A stretch of DNA of 64,000 nt from Gammaproteobacteria bacterium (lineage in GTDB: Bacteria; Pseudomonadota; Gammaproteobacteria; UBA4575), in assembly GCA_965222615.1 (NCBI GenBank), contig CBDCUI010000009.1, positions 352,001 to 416,000 on the forward strand, given 5' to 3'. The notes beneath the pieces are model-generated. The model searched no databases. It was not told the DNA's origin and saw nothing but the letters and a program-made list of their open reading frames with translations. Shown here piece after piece: positions 39,685 to 47,031 of the stretch (position 1 is the stretch's first letter; every line of letters begins with the position of its first letter). Both the position numbers and the translations under genes were made by a program.

Positions 39685-40191
39685 TCATTTAATTTCTCTT
39701 ACTTCAATTGGTTTTATTACATTAACCATCTCATCTGCTAATACTTCTAATTTGACTTCAGTGTGAGAAAACTCGTAACTTGATAAAGAAATTAATAGAT
39801 TTTCTTTTATTTTATATAGCTCATCCACTTTGCCTCCTACGTAGTCAGTAAATAATACATGGGGCATTTCATTTAACCATGATGAATAAGCTTTAGGGTG
39901 CTTTTGGAACCACGATAGCGTCAACTTGGTGTGATGAATTAATGAAAGAGCAATTAGATCAGAAACTTCTATGCCAATTGCTCCGTCTTTGAAACGCCAA
40001 ATATTGCCCAAGGTGTTAATTAGCGGGACCACCTCCTCTGTTGTTCCGGATTGGAGCGCATTAGCGATTTCATGATAATTATTTAGTAACCATTCAAAGT
40101 TTGCTTCAATCAATAGTGGTCCCTGTGCGCTAACTAAGGGTGAAAATAGCACTAAGAGAGAAATTAAAATTGATGTGCGTAAACTTTTCAC
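39685..40191 (-). CDS. Hypothetical secreted protein (cassette)
   Basis: Signal peptide ending VSA-Q; start GTG at 40191 or TTG at 40200. Confidence 0.7.
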   Translation of the reverse strand: MKSLRTSILISLLVLFSPLVSAQGPLLIEANFEWLLNNYHEIANALQSGTTEEVVPLINTLGNIWRFKDGAIGIEVSDLIALSLIHHTKLTLSWFQKHPKAYSSWLNEMPHVLFTDYVGGKVDELYKIKENLLISLSSYEFSHTEVKLEVLADEMVNVIKPIEVREIK

Positions 40192-40195
40192 TGAT

Positions 40196-40264
40196 TGCAA
40201 ATGATTGAGCTAACAGGCGCTGAGTGCATCCGTGCGAAGCGTCCAGTTGAGTGATTTGTTATAA
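40196..40264 (-). other. attC site with mutated core (R' = ATTTGCA)
   Basis: TTATAACAAATCACTCAACTGGACGCT...AGCGCCTGTTAGCTCAATC-ATTTGCAATC; the next cassette's R'' predicts GTTGGCAATC. Confidence 0.75.
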
Positions 40265-40684
40265 GGCTTTTTCAATGATTGTATAAACCCCTATATTTGG
40301 AAACGTAAGCGTAAATTCATGTGTTTTGTTACTGAACGAATGTGTTGCGACCAACAAATAACTCTGACATGGAGGTTGATCTTGGCATAAAGGAGAAGAG
40401 AATGAATAATAATCATTATTTAATTCTTTAATGGGCACTTCGGATAGTATTTTACTATCAGAGACGCCGTCATAATGGTATGTAATCCACTGCACAAATA
40501 ATTTGCTTGTTACATGTTCAGACCCATATCTTTTGGTAATAAAACGTAAATATCCATCTTTTTTACCAAGCTTCCAATAACCTCCAGAATACACATGACT
40601 AAGACTAGTCTCGTAGCTGTTCTCTATGTCTGCTTCGCAGATGTATGACAAGAACAGCAATGAAAAAACAAATATGATTTTCAT
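40259..40684 (-). CDS. Hypothetical secreted protein (cassette)
   Basis: MKIIFVFSLLFLSYICEA signal; SGGYW..G..R...YGSEH; start corrected to lie after the attC. Confidence 0.75.
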   Translation of the reverse strand: MKIIFVFSLLFLSYICEADIENSYETSLSHVYSGGYWKLGKKDGYLRFITKRYGSEHVTSKLFVQWITYHYDGVSDSKILSEVPIKELNNDYYSFSSPLCQDQPPCQSYLLVATHSFSNKTHEFTLTFPNIGVYTIIEKAL

Positions 40685-40688
40685 AACC

Positions 40689-40745
40689 TTATAACGACAA
40701 AGCCAAGCGGAGGCGAAGCCATCTGACTTGGCCGCATTGTTATGC
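40689..40745 (-). other. attC site (57 bp)
   Basis: GCATAACAATGCGGCCAAGTCAGATGGCTTCGCCTCCGCTTGGCTTTGTC-GTTATAA. Confidence 0.88.
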
Positions 40746-40755
40746 ACCAAAGATC

Positions 40756-41412
40756 TCATTTATTTTCACTCTTTAACTCCACGGCTTTTTTGGTAATCAA
40801 CGTATACTCATCATTTGACTCACTGAATTTCGTCTTTTCAACAACACTGAAGCCAGTCTGTTCAAGCGCCAGTTCTATCTGCTGGTTTGATAGCAGATTA
40901 ATCAATGGCAAGAATCCAAGTCTCCCGGCTGATCGGATAAGTTTGCCAATGACTATATTTTTCTCGCCTAGGCATGCGGTCTCTAAAATAAACAAACCAC
41001 CTGGTTTCAGGATGTCATATATACGTCTAAAAGCCTCATCGATATCTTCAAAAAAATGAAGCACATAAAAAGCCATTACCACGTCAAAGCTACCAGAATC
41101 AAAACGCTCATCAAAAACAGTGGTTTGTACAAATTCAACGTTTTTAATTTCACGCTCAACCTTTCTCCTCTCCGCAATGGCCAGTAATTTGTTGGAGATA
41201 TCAATACCTGTTACGTGTTTTACATTATTTGCAAGATCGCCGCATTGAGTGCCGGTACCACAACCAATATCGAGCACATAATCCTCCGATGACAAGTAGG
41301 ATTTTAATTTTTCGATCTTCTTCTGGTAAGCCGCAACGTCAGAAATCGGCGATGCAGCATATTTTGAAGCGATCAGATTCCAGAATTTCTCAGGTGATGT
41401 TCGAAACAGCAT
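40756..41412 (-). CDS. Class I SAM-dependent methyltransferase (cassette)
   Basis: VLDIGCGTG, GIDIS, FDVV, LKPGG. Confidence 0.92.
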   Translation of the reverse strand: MLFRTSPEKFWNLIASKYAASPISDVAAYQKKIEKLKSYLSSEDYVLDIGCGTGTQCGDLANNVKHVTGIDISNKLLAIAERRKVEREIKNVEFVQTTVFDERFDSGSFDVVMAFYVLHFFEDIDEAFRRIYDILKPGGLFILETACLGEKNIVIGKLIRSAGRLGFLPLINLLSNQQIELALEQTGFSVVEKTKFSESNDEYTLITKKAVELKSENK

Positions 41413-41474
41413 GTCCCTATCCTATTTGTAGATAAAGGAAGCTGACCACTTTGCTTGGTCCTTTGATTCTTTAT

Positions 41475-41549
41475 GCATAACGGTTGAGCTAAGGGGCCGC
41501 GTGTAAACGCGGTCCCGTGCGAAGCACGTACTTGAGCGACTTGTTATGT
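41475..41549 (-). other. attC site
   Basis: ACATAACAAGTCGCTCAAG...CCGCGT..ACGCGG..CTTAGCTCAACC-GTTATGC. Confidence 0.9.
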
Positions 41550-42110
41550 CCATTTACTAAATATCATGTTCCAATTATTTAAATACTGAGAATAATCTCT
41601 GTTTTTAGGCGCCACTTTATTGTCGATAACTAATTCATCCGTTGCTTTTTTCCTTAGCCCTCTCGTTTCCCAACATTTGCCATTTTTTGAAACCCAAAGA
41701 TATATATTTGGCGATTTATTTTCTTTGTGAACTGTATTTAACCGCTTAATAAGTTCTTGAGGCGTTAAAATTACATACTGCATATTTTTTTGGTTAAATG
41801 TATGCATCACAAAGATCCAATACTCGGCATTAGAATTAGATATTTTTTCTTTATTTAAAGTCCACCAACCACATGAAATTAAATTAGAATGATATTCAGA
41901 TCTAATATGTGTCACCAAGAAATCTTTAGAAAATTTTACTTGAATAGATGAGGTTTTTTTATTTAATTGATCAGTAACTAGAATATCAACTCCAGTATCT
42001 TTTGATGGTACCCATATATTTACTTTTCCCCCATTCGGATCAACCAAGTTTTGTTCAATGTGCGATCCCACTAAATATTCACCTGCATGAATAGTAAACA
42101 AAGGTTGCAT
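41544..42110 (-). CDS. PD-(D/E)XK restriction-endonuclease-like protein (cassette)
   Basis: AGEYLV...DTGVDILV...IQVKFS catalytic-type motif. Confidence 0.7.
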   Translation of the reverse strand: MQPLFTIHAGEYLVGSHIEQNLVDPNGGKVNIWVPSKDTGVDILVTDQLNKKTSSIQVKFSKDFLVTHIRSEYHSNLISCGWWTLNKEKISNSNAEYWIFVMHTFNQKNMQYVILTPQELIKRLNTVHKENKSPNIYLWVSKNGKCWETRGLRKKATDELVIDNKVAPKNRDYSQYLNNWNMIFSKWT

Positions 42111-42124
42111 TCATCACCCTTTTG

Positions 42125-42211
42125 ACATAACGTGGAGCTGAACGACTATTCATTCAAGTGGGGAGGATTCCCCGCTTGAATGAATCAGTTAGTTCGAGCG
42201 TCTTGTTAGGT
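42125..42211 (-). other. attC site
   Basis: ACCTAAC...ATTCATTCAAGCGGGGA-ATCC-TCCCCACTTGAATGAAT...GTTATGT. Confidence 0.9.
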
Positions 42212-42568
42212 CCCTTTTCTATCACGAAAAACATAATGCATTGCCGCCTCATAAAGAAACCAAAGTACGGCTATAGAAGTTGCTATTTTGTTCATTCGAA
42301 CAATTTCGGCGCCACAATCGCCGCTGTAATTCCAGTGCCCGAAGTACGACACCAAAAGATATATGCCTGGAATCACGCAAATAAAAAAGCTTGGTTTTCT
42401 TAAGTAACTAATTACTATCGCGCCCATTAAAATCAAGATCCCAACCCTTATTATTGGATCCGTAATATCCAAAAACCCCGGGGCAAAATAGCCACTGAAG
42501 CAGGCATAAGCAGGGCAGCAAGAACTCCAAATACATAATGAAGCTAGAACATTCTTCGTATTCGTCAC
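42206..42568 (-). CDS. Hypothetical membrane protein (cassette)
   Basis: 120 aa, hydrophobic; stop codon lies within R''. Confidence 0.7.
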   Translation of the reverse strand: MTNTKNVLASLCIWSSCCPAYACFSGYFAPGFLDITDPIIRVGILILMGAIVISYLRKPSFFICVIPGIYLLVSYFGHWNYSGDCGAEIVRMNKIATSIAVLWFLYEAAMHYVFRDRKGT

Positions 42569-42573
42569 GAGAG

Positions 42574-42632
42574 ACCTAACGTTTCACTAAGGCGCGCCGC
42601 TTTTTGGCGTCGCATTGAGTGGCTGGTTATGT
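42574..42632 (-). other. attC site (59 bp)
   Basis: ACATAACCAGCCACTCAATGCGACGCCAAAAAGCGGCGCGCCTTAGTGAAAC-GTTAGGT. Confidence 0.88.
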
Positions 42633-42997
42633 AGTGATGTTCTATTCACAAATTCAACTAAAATATTACTATCTATTAAAAAAACACCATATTGTGATGG
42701 GTCATATCGATCTCGCTTCTCAATAGTATTATAAGGTTCAAATAAATCTACACTACTAGCATTATCAATATAAAATCCCATTTTAAATCTATTAGCATAC
42801 TCGCAACTTTTTAGATTAACTACACTTCCAGCTTTCAAGTATACTTGCTCAGAAACAAGATCTTTCTTTAGCTTTGCTGGATAGGGTTTGCTGCACATGA
42901 AATCAAGTTCTCCTGAACCATAATACCATCCGATAATCCCTCCTAAAGGCAGACAAATAATTGCAGATACAGCTACACTAGAAAATATCTTCTTCAT
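42587..42997 (-). CDS. Hypothetical N-terminally anchored protein (cassette); ORF runs into its attC
   Basis: 136 aa; the last ~14 codons are attC sequence. Confidence 0.7.
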   Translation of the reverse strand: MKKIFSSVAVSAIICLPLGGIIGWYYGSGELDFMCSKPYPAKLKKDLVSEQVYLKAGSVVNLKSCEYANRFKMGFYIDNASSVDLFEPYNTIEKRDRYDPSQYGVFLIDSNILVEFVNRTSLHNQPLNATPKSGAP

Positions 42998-43014
42998 ATA
43001 TATCCATGAAAGCT

Positions 43015-43076
43015 ACATAACGCCCCGCATCAGCGGCGCGGCCTTGGCCGCGTCCGTCTGCATGCGCTTGTTAGGT
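43015..43076 (-). other. attC site (62 bp)
   Basis: ACCTAACAAGCGCATGCAGACGGACGCGGCCAAGGCCGCGCCGCTGATGCGGGGC-GTTATGT. Confidence 0.92.
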
Positions 43077-43436
43077 GCCGCCGCCAATTATCCCCCAAAG
43101 CCACTGACTGACAATTGTAACGGCTACACCTACTACAAATGCTGTAACCAATGACCAAATCCTTACGCCCTTCTCATAAGTACGTTGCTCTTGTCTGCCC
43201 TCTAAATTCTCTGATCTTCTCTCTGCGTTTCGAGATTGCTCTTCAAGTTCTTTAATTCTGTTTCTGATCCTGATTCGATAACCCCCATCGATATCTCGAT
43301 TTCCTAACATTTCGTCGACTTGACGTAGCTGATCTAATGAGAAAGCTTCAAATTCGGCGTCTGCCTCTGGTTGGCTCTTAAACGTCCTCTGCGTTGTACG
43401 AATGATCTCGTTCTTTTCGTTTTCAGAAATTCGCAT
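43071..43436 (-). CDS. Hypothetical coiled-coil protein with C-terminal TM segment (cassette)
   Basis: 121 aa; charged helix followed by a single TM segment. Confidence 0.7.
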   Translation of the reverse strand: MRISENEKNEIIRTTQRTFKSQPEADAEFEAFSLDQLRQVDEMLGNRDIDGGYRIRIRNRIKELEEQSRNAERRSENLEGRQEQRTYEKGVRIWSLVTAFVVGVAVTIVSQWLWGIIGGGT

Positions 43437-43442
43437 AAGAGC

Positions 43443-43532
43443 ACCTAACGTGGAGCTGAACGACGACTATTCATTCAAGTGGGGAGGATTCCCCGCTTGA
43501 ATGAATCAGTTGGTTCGAGCGTCTTGTTAGGC
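43443..43532 (-). other. attC site
   Basis: Nearly identical to 42125-42211; GCCTAAC...GTTAGGT. Confidence 0.9.
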
Positions 43533-43625
43533 GGCGTGGTGGCGTTGCCGGTTGATATAACTTTATTCTCATTAGGGTGCCCCTTGTTTTGTTCTCGCAC
43601 TTGCGATCAGTTTTGCGTTACGACA

Positions 43626-43644
43626 GCACAACGATTTGTTAGTC
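43626..43644 (-). other. Collapsed attC remnant (19 bp)
   Basis: GACTAAC (overlapping the stop)-AAATC-GTTGTGC. Confidence 0.5.
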
Positions 43645-44214
43645 GTTATCACTACTAAAGCTAAACTGTGACATGTCACCGATCCAAAATAGTTTCGCTA
43701 CACCATCAGACCAGATAAAATCAACTAGGATATTCCTTTCTCCATTATCGAGTATGAATATCGGTTCCTCAATGTCATAAGGAATGAGCCCCCAGTAGAT
43801 TTGTTTTTCGCGTTCATTAAGATATCGGACTTCGAATTGCGCTTTACTCAAGATGGATCGAATTGTCTCGATCAACTCAAGTTTCTCTTCATTCGACTGA
43901 AAGAGTGCACCATTGAACTCTTGGAACTGGCCGTTATCCAAGGGAACAACTGCCGTTGCGGGCGTTAGGTCGAGCACTGCTATGTTTGGGGCGAGCTTAA
44001 TCATTTGCCATAATGCAGGGCCACAAATAATTTTACTAGCGAGATATTCTGTCTTTACTTCACCATTTGATCTAAAAAGACTTTCGACTGCGGTTAGTGC
44101 AGCATCGTTTGCTTCAATCGTAGCTGGCTTATACACGACTTCTCTACCCACAGCACTGCTTAGACAGAGAGCCGCCAGAATAAATGCGGTGACTTGTGAA
44201 ATCTGATAATTCAT
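43639..44214 (-). CDS. Hypothetical secreted protein (cassette)
   Basis: Signal peptide; CGPALW, YWGLIPYDIEEPIF. Confidence 0.75.
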   Translation of the reverse strand: MNYQISQVTAFILAALCLSSAVGREVVYKPATIEANDAALTAVESLFRSNGEVKTEYLASKIICGPALWQMIKLAPNIAVLDLTPATAVVPLDNGQFQEFNGALFQSNEEKLELIETIRSILSKAQFEVRYLNEREKQIYWGLIPYDIEEPIFILDNGERNILVDFIWSDGVAKLFWIGDMSQFSFSSDND

Positions 44215-44222
44215 ATAATGGC

Positions 44223-44294
44223 AGCTAACGCCGCGCTCTGCGGCAAATTTGGAGCGCAGCGGAAAATTTGTCCGACAGCAGCGCCTTGTTAGAG
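44223..44294 (-). other. attC site of the first cassette
   Basis: CTCTAACAAGGCGCTGCTGTCGGACAAATTT...AAATTTGCCGCAGAGCGCGGC-GTTAGCT. Confidence 0.93.
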
Positions 44295-44304
44295 GGCTTT
44301 TGGC

Positions 44305-45156
44305 TCATAATTTCGCTGCCTTTCTAAGTGCCTTATAAATGACATTTGAGTCAGCCCCAAGCTGCTTCAACTTAAAAGGTTTTTTTGCATTCTTGGTTAT
44401 GACCCATACTTCTGGTATTCGATTGCCTTTGTGGAAATCGTCAGAAATAACTACATCCTTAATATCGACGAATGGAATGTTTCTTTTGATGAATGGGTAA
44501 GCAACTAAAAAACCATTGCTGGTGATTTGAATGCCCATTGCGGTAACTAGGTATTCATAAGTGATGAAAACAACTAGAACACTCATTGCACCATAACCTA
44601 AAAGAGGGTTGCCATCTTTCCCTACATAGATACCTAATGCAGAAAAGCCGACCACACACGAAAAATAGAATAAATGATATAACGAGCCTTTAGAGAATTT
44701 GGATTGATTGGGCTCTGGATTTAGAGTGCCTGCCTTTTCATTTAATGTATCCCGAAGCAGCTCAAACCCAAGCAATTGATACTCAACTCTAAGTAACTCT
44801 TTTTTATTGCGGTCTAGTAGATCTAAACGTTGCATATACGGCCTTTCTTTTACTCTATGTATTTTCTCCCAAGAGATTAGCCCTTTATCTTTTCCGATGT
44901 GTATATACCAAATTCCGTCGTCATCAGCTGCAACGTCTGCGAATGGCAGTTTTTTCAAAGTAAGCCATGTAAAAATTGAAAAGAACCCAAAGACTACTGT
45001 ACACATTACTGTGACCATGAGAGTGCCATTTGGATTACCTTTGTCTTCATCAGGCAGGAACGGAAGAGCAAACCCTAAAGCTAAAAATGCGATGAAAACT
45101 ATTAAGCATCCTTTCATCAGGGTAATGTATTTTTTATCGAGTTTGAATTCTTGCAT
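44305..45156 (-). CDS. Membrane protein with two (2TM + PH-like) modules (first cassette)
   Basis: TM pairs followed by ISWEKI / IPFVDI motifs; internal duplication. Confidence 0.75.
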   Translation of the reverse strand: MQEFKLDKKYITLMKGCLIVFIAFLALGFALPFLPDEDKGNPNGTLMVTVMCTVVFGFFSIFTWLTLKKLPFADVAADDDGIWYIHIGKDKGLISWEKIHRVKERPYMQRLDLLDRNKKELLRVEYQLLGFELLRDTLNEKAGTLNPEPNQSKFSKGSLYHLFYFSCVVGFSALGIYVGKDGNPLLGYGAMSVLVVFITYEYLVTAMGIQITSNGFLVAYPFIKRNIPFVDIKDVVISDDFHKGNRIPEVWVITKNAKKPFKLKQLGADSNVIYKALRKAAKL

Positions 45157-45168
45157 AAGCTACGTGTA

Positions 45169-45195
45169 GCCCTCTAACTATAAGTAGACGTCCGA
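45169..45195 (-). other. attI site (crossover G|TT at 45178/45177)
   Basis: G|TTAGAGGGC exactly complements the first cassette's R'' GCCCTCTAAC; imperfect L box GTCTACT just upstream; no attC hairpin; next to the intI 5' end. Confidence 0.85.
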
Positions 45196-45308
45196 AAAGT
45201 CCATTATGAATGGAATTTTTCGGGGCTTATTAAAATTAATACTTTTTAAATTCATGCTCTTATCATAAAATATGGGGATTATTTAACGAAAATATTCACT
45301 AGATTTCA

Positions 45309-46292
45309 ATGCCCCAACCTCGCCTTTTAGATCAAGTCCGTAAAGCGATGCGTGTACGGCATTATAGTATTCGCACAGAGGAATCCTATATCTCATGGAT
45401 TAAACGGTACATTCTGTTTCACGATAAACAACATCCAAAGAATTTAGGTAAAGATGAAATCACTCAGTTTTTATCTCATCTTGCATCGGATCGAAACGTA
45501 GCAGCCTCCACTCAAAATCAAGCACTCTCTGCCCTACTCTTTCTTTATAAAGAAGTGCTTTCTATCGACCTCCCTTGGTTGGGTGATGTAGTCCGTGCAA
45601 AACGGCCCAGTCGTTTGCCTGTGGTATTAACGCGTCAAGATACCAAACGGCTGTTAGGTGAACTTAACGACACAAATTGGCTCATTGCTAATTTGTTATA
45701 TGGTTCTGGTCTACGACTGATGGAAGCTATTCGCTTGAGGGTCAAAGATGTAGATTTTGACTATGAGCAAATCATTGTGCGTTCCGGAAAAGGTTTTAAA
45801 GATCGTACTACTGTTTTGCCCAACTCCATTGCTAAACATTTGCAAAAACATTTAGCAAAAATTAAAAATCTGCATCAACGTGATCTTGAGGAAGGTTTTG
45901 GTAGTGTGTATTTGCCCTTTGCAATCGAACGTAAATATCCTAATGCCAATAAGGAATGGGGTTGGCAGTATGTATTCCCCTCTTCTAAACGTTCGGTAGA
46001 CCCACAAAGCGGTGTTATTCGTCGACATCATGTTTCTGAAAAAAACCTACAACGTGCGATTAAGCAAGCAACACGAAACTTAGGCATAGTGAAGCCTGTC
46101 AGCACACATACCTTGCGACATTGTTTTGCTACACACTTACTCGAAGACGGCTACGATATTCGCACCATACAAGAGTTACTTGGTCACAAGGACCTAAAAA
46201 CGACTATGATCTACACTCATGTCATGAAAAAAGGCGCGCATGGAGTACGCAGTCCGATTGACCTGCCTGAAATCGAAACCGTCGAGGTTTAA
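45309..46292 (+). CDS. intI: Integron integrase
   Basis: Tyrosine recombinase residues (GLRLME, HTLRH, LLGH, TMIYTH) plus the IntI-specific insertion LPFAIERKYP...WQYVFPS...RRHH. Confidence 0.97.
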   Translation: MPQPRLLDQVRKAMRVRHYSIRTEESYISWIKRYILFHDKQHPKNLGKDEITQFLSHLASDRNVAASTQNQALSALLFLYKEVLSIDLPWLGDVVRAKRPSRLPVVLTRQDTKRLLGELNDTNWLIANLLYGSGLRLMEAIRLRVKDVDFDYEQIIVRSGKGFKDRTTVLPNSIAKHLQKHLAKIKNLHQRDLEEGFGSVYLPFAIERKYPNANKEWGWQYVFPSSKRSVDPQSGVIRRHHVSEKNLQRAIKQATRNLGIVKPVSTHTLRHCFATHLLEDGYDIRTIQELLGHKDLKTTMIYTHVMKKGAHGVRSPIDLPEIETVEV

Positions 46293-46439
46293 TTAAAAAC
46301 GACAGACCGGTCTACAACTAAAACAGCTCTCTGCCTACCTTATGCAAGGCTTAGTTGTGAATATATGTCGAGTTGAACTGTTAAAAAAAGTTAAGTCTAC
46401 TGAAAAGTTTATTGTGATCTAACCACTAAGAAGGGTTTA

Positions 46440-46670
46440 TTATTTCCATTTTAAATTGAGCTTTCGTCCATTTATAGCACAATCCCTGAGATATAAATTT
46501 ATCAGTGTTTGATATGGAATACCTGATTCTTCTGCAAGTGACTTAAAATAATCAACAGAATCTCGATCCAAACGCATAGTAACAGGCTGCTTTAAATATT
46601 TAATATATGGGTTTTTTTTGCCCTTCATATTAGAAAAGTCATAATGCTTTCTCATTTTCGATAACTCCAA
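46440..46670 (-). CDS. brnA: BrnA-family antitoxin
   Basis: YDFS..KKNPY...VTMRLD...GIPYQTLINLYL. Confidence 0.88.
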   Translation of the reverse strand: MELSKMRKHYDFSNMKGKKNPYIKYLKQPVTMRLDRDSVDYFKSLAEESGIPYQTLINLYLRDCAINGRKLNLKWK

Positions 46671-46945
46671 TATTGTTTAACTTCATCTTTATCCGCCTTT
46701 CTTGCAGATATAATTCGAATTACAGTTTCTTCTTTCCTAAAACAGTGGCAGATAACTAAAGTATTTAACCTGTAACTTGTACCCAACAATATAAAACGAT
46801 CTTCGTCTTCTGAGTGGTCTGGGTCAAAAAATTGTATTGCATTTTCATCATAGAAAGCGGTCCGAGCTTCTTCAAAAGATATACCGTGTTTTTTGATATT
46901 AGCTTTATTTTTACGATTGTCCCACTCGAACTTTAAATATTTCAT
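46652..46945 (-). CDS. brnT: BrnT-family ribonuclease toxin
   Basis: FEWD..KNKANIKKHGISFEEA...EDR...IRIISARKA. Confidence 0.92.
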   Translation of the reverse strand: MKYLKFEWDNRKNKANIKKHGISFEEARTAFYDENAIQFFDPDHSEDEDRFILLGTSYRLNTLVICHCFRKEETVIRIISARKADKDEVKQYWSYRK

Positions 46946-46973
46946 ATGTACATTGTACATATGAAATATTTAA
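46933..46973. promoter_or_regulatory. Perfect 41-bp palindrome over the brnT start (candidate operator)
   Basis: TTAAATATTTCATATGTACA-T-TGTACATATGAAATATTTAA. Confidence 0.7.
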
Positions 46974-47031
46974 TATCAAGGATATATATCCCAAGCCCCA
47001 ATGACTAGGGCTTAGCAACTATTAGCATTAC

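Larger units (their letters stand above)
32086..45178 (-). mobile_element. Integron gene-cassette array (~22 attC sites or remnants)
   Basis: Co-oriented short ORFs, each followed by a RYYYAAC...GTTRRRY imperfect palindrome; begins at attI next to a divergent intI. Confidence 0.95.

Noticed and set aside
40208-40214. GTTAGCT as the R' of the attC ending at 40264
   Set aside because: By spacing it is the L' box; the next cassette's R'' (GATTGCCAAC) matches ATTTGCAATC at 40202 instead
32265-44294. Repeated palindromes as a CRISPR array or simple terminators
   Set aside because: The spacers are whole genes, the repeats vary, they carry attC R''/R' boxes, and no cas genes are present
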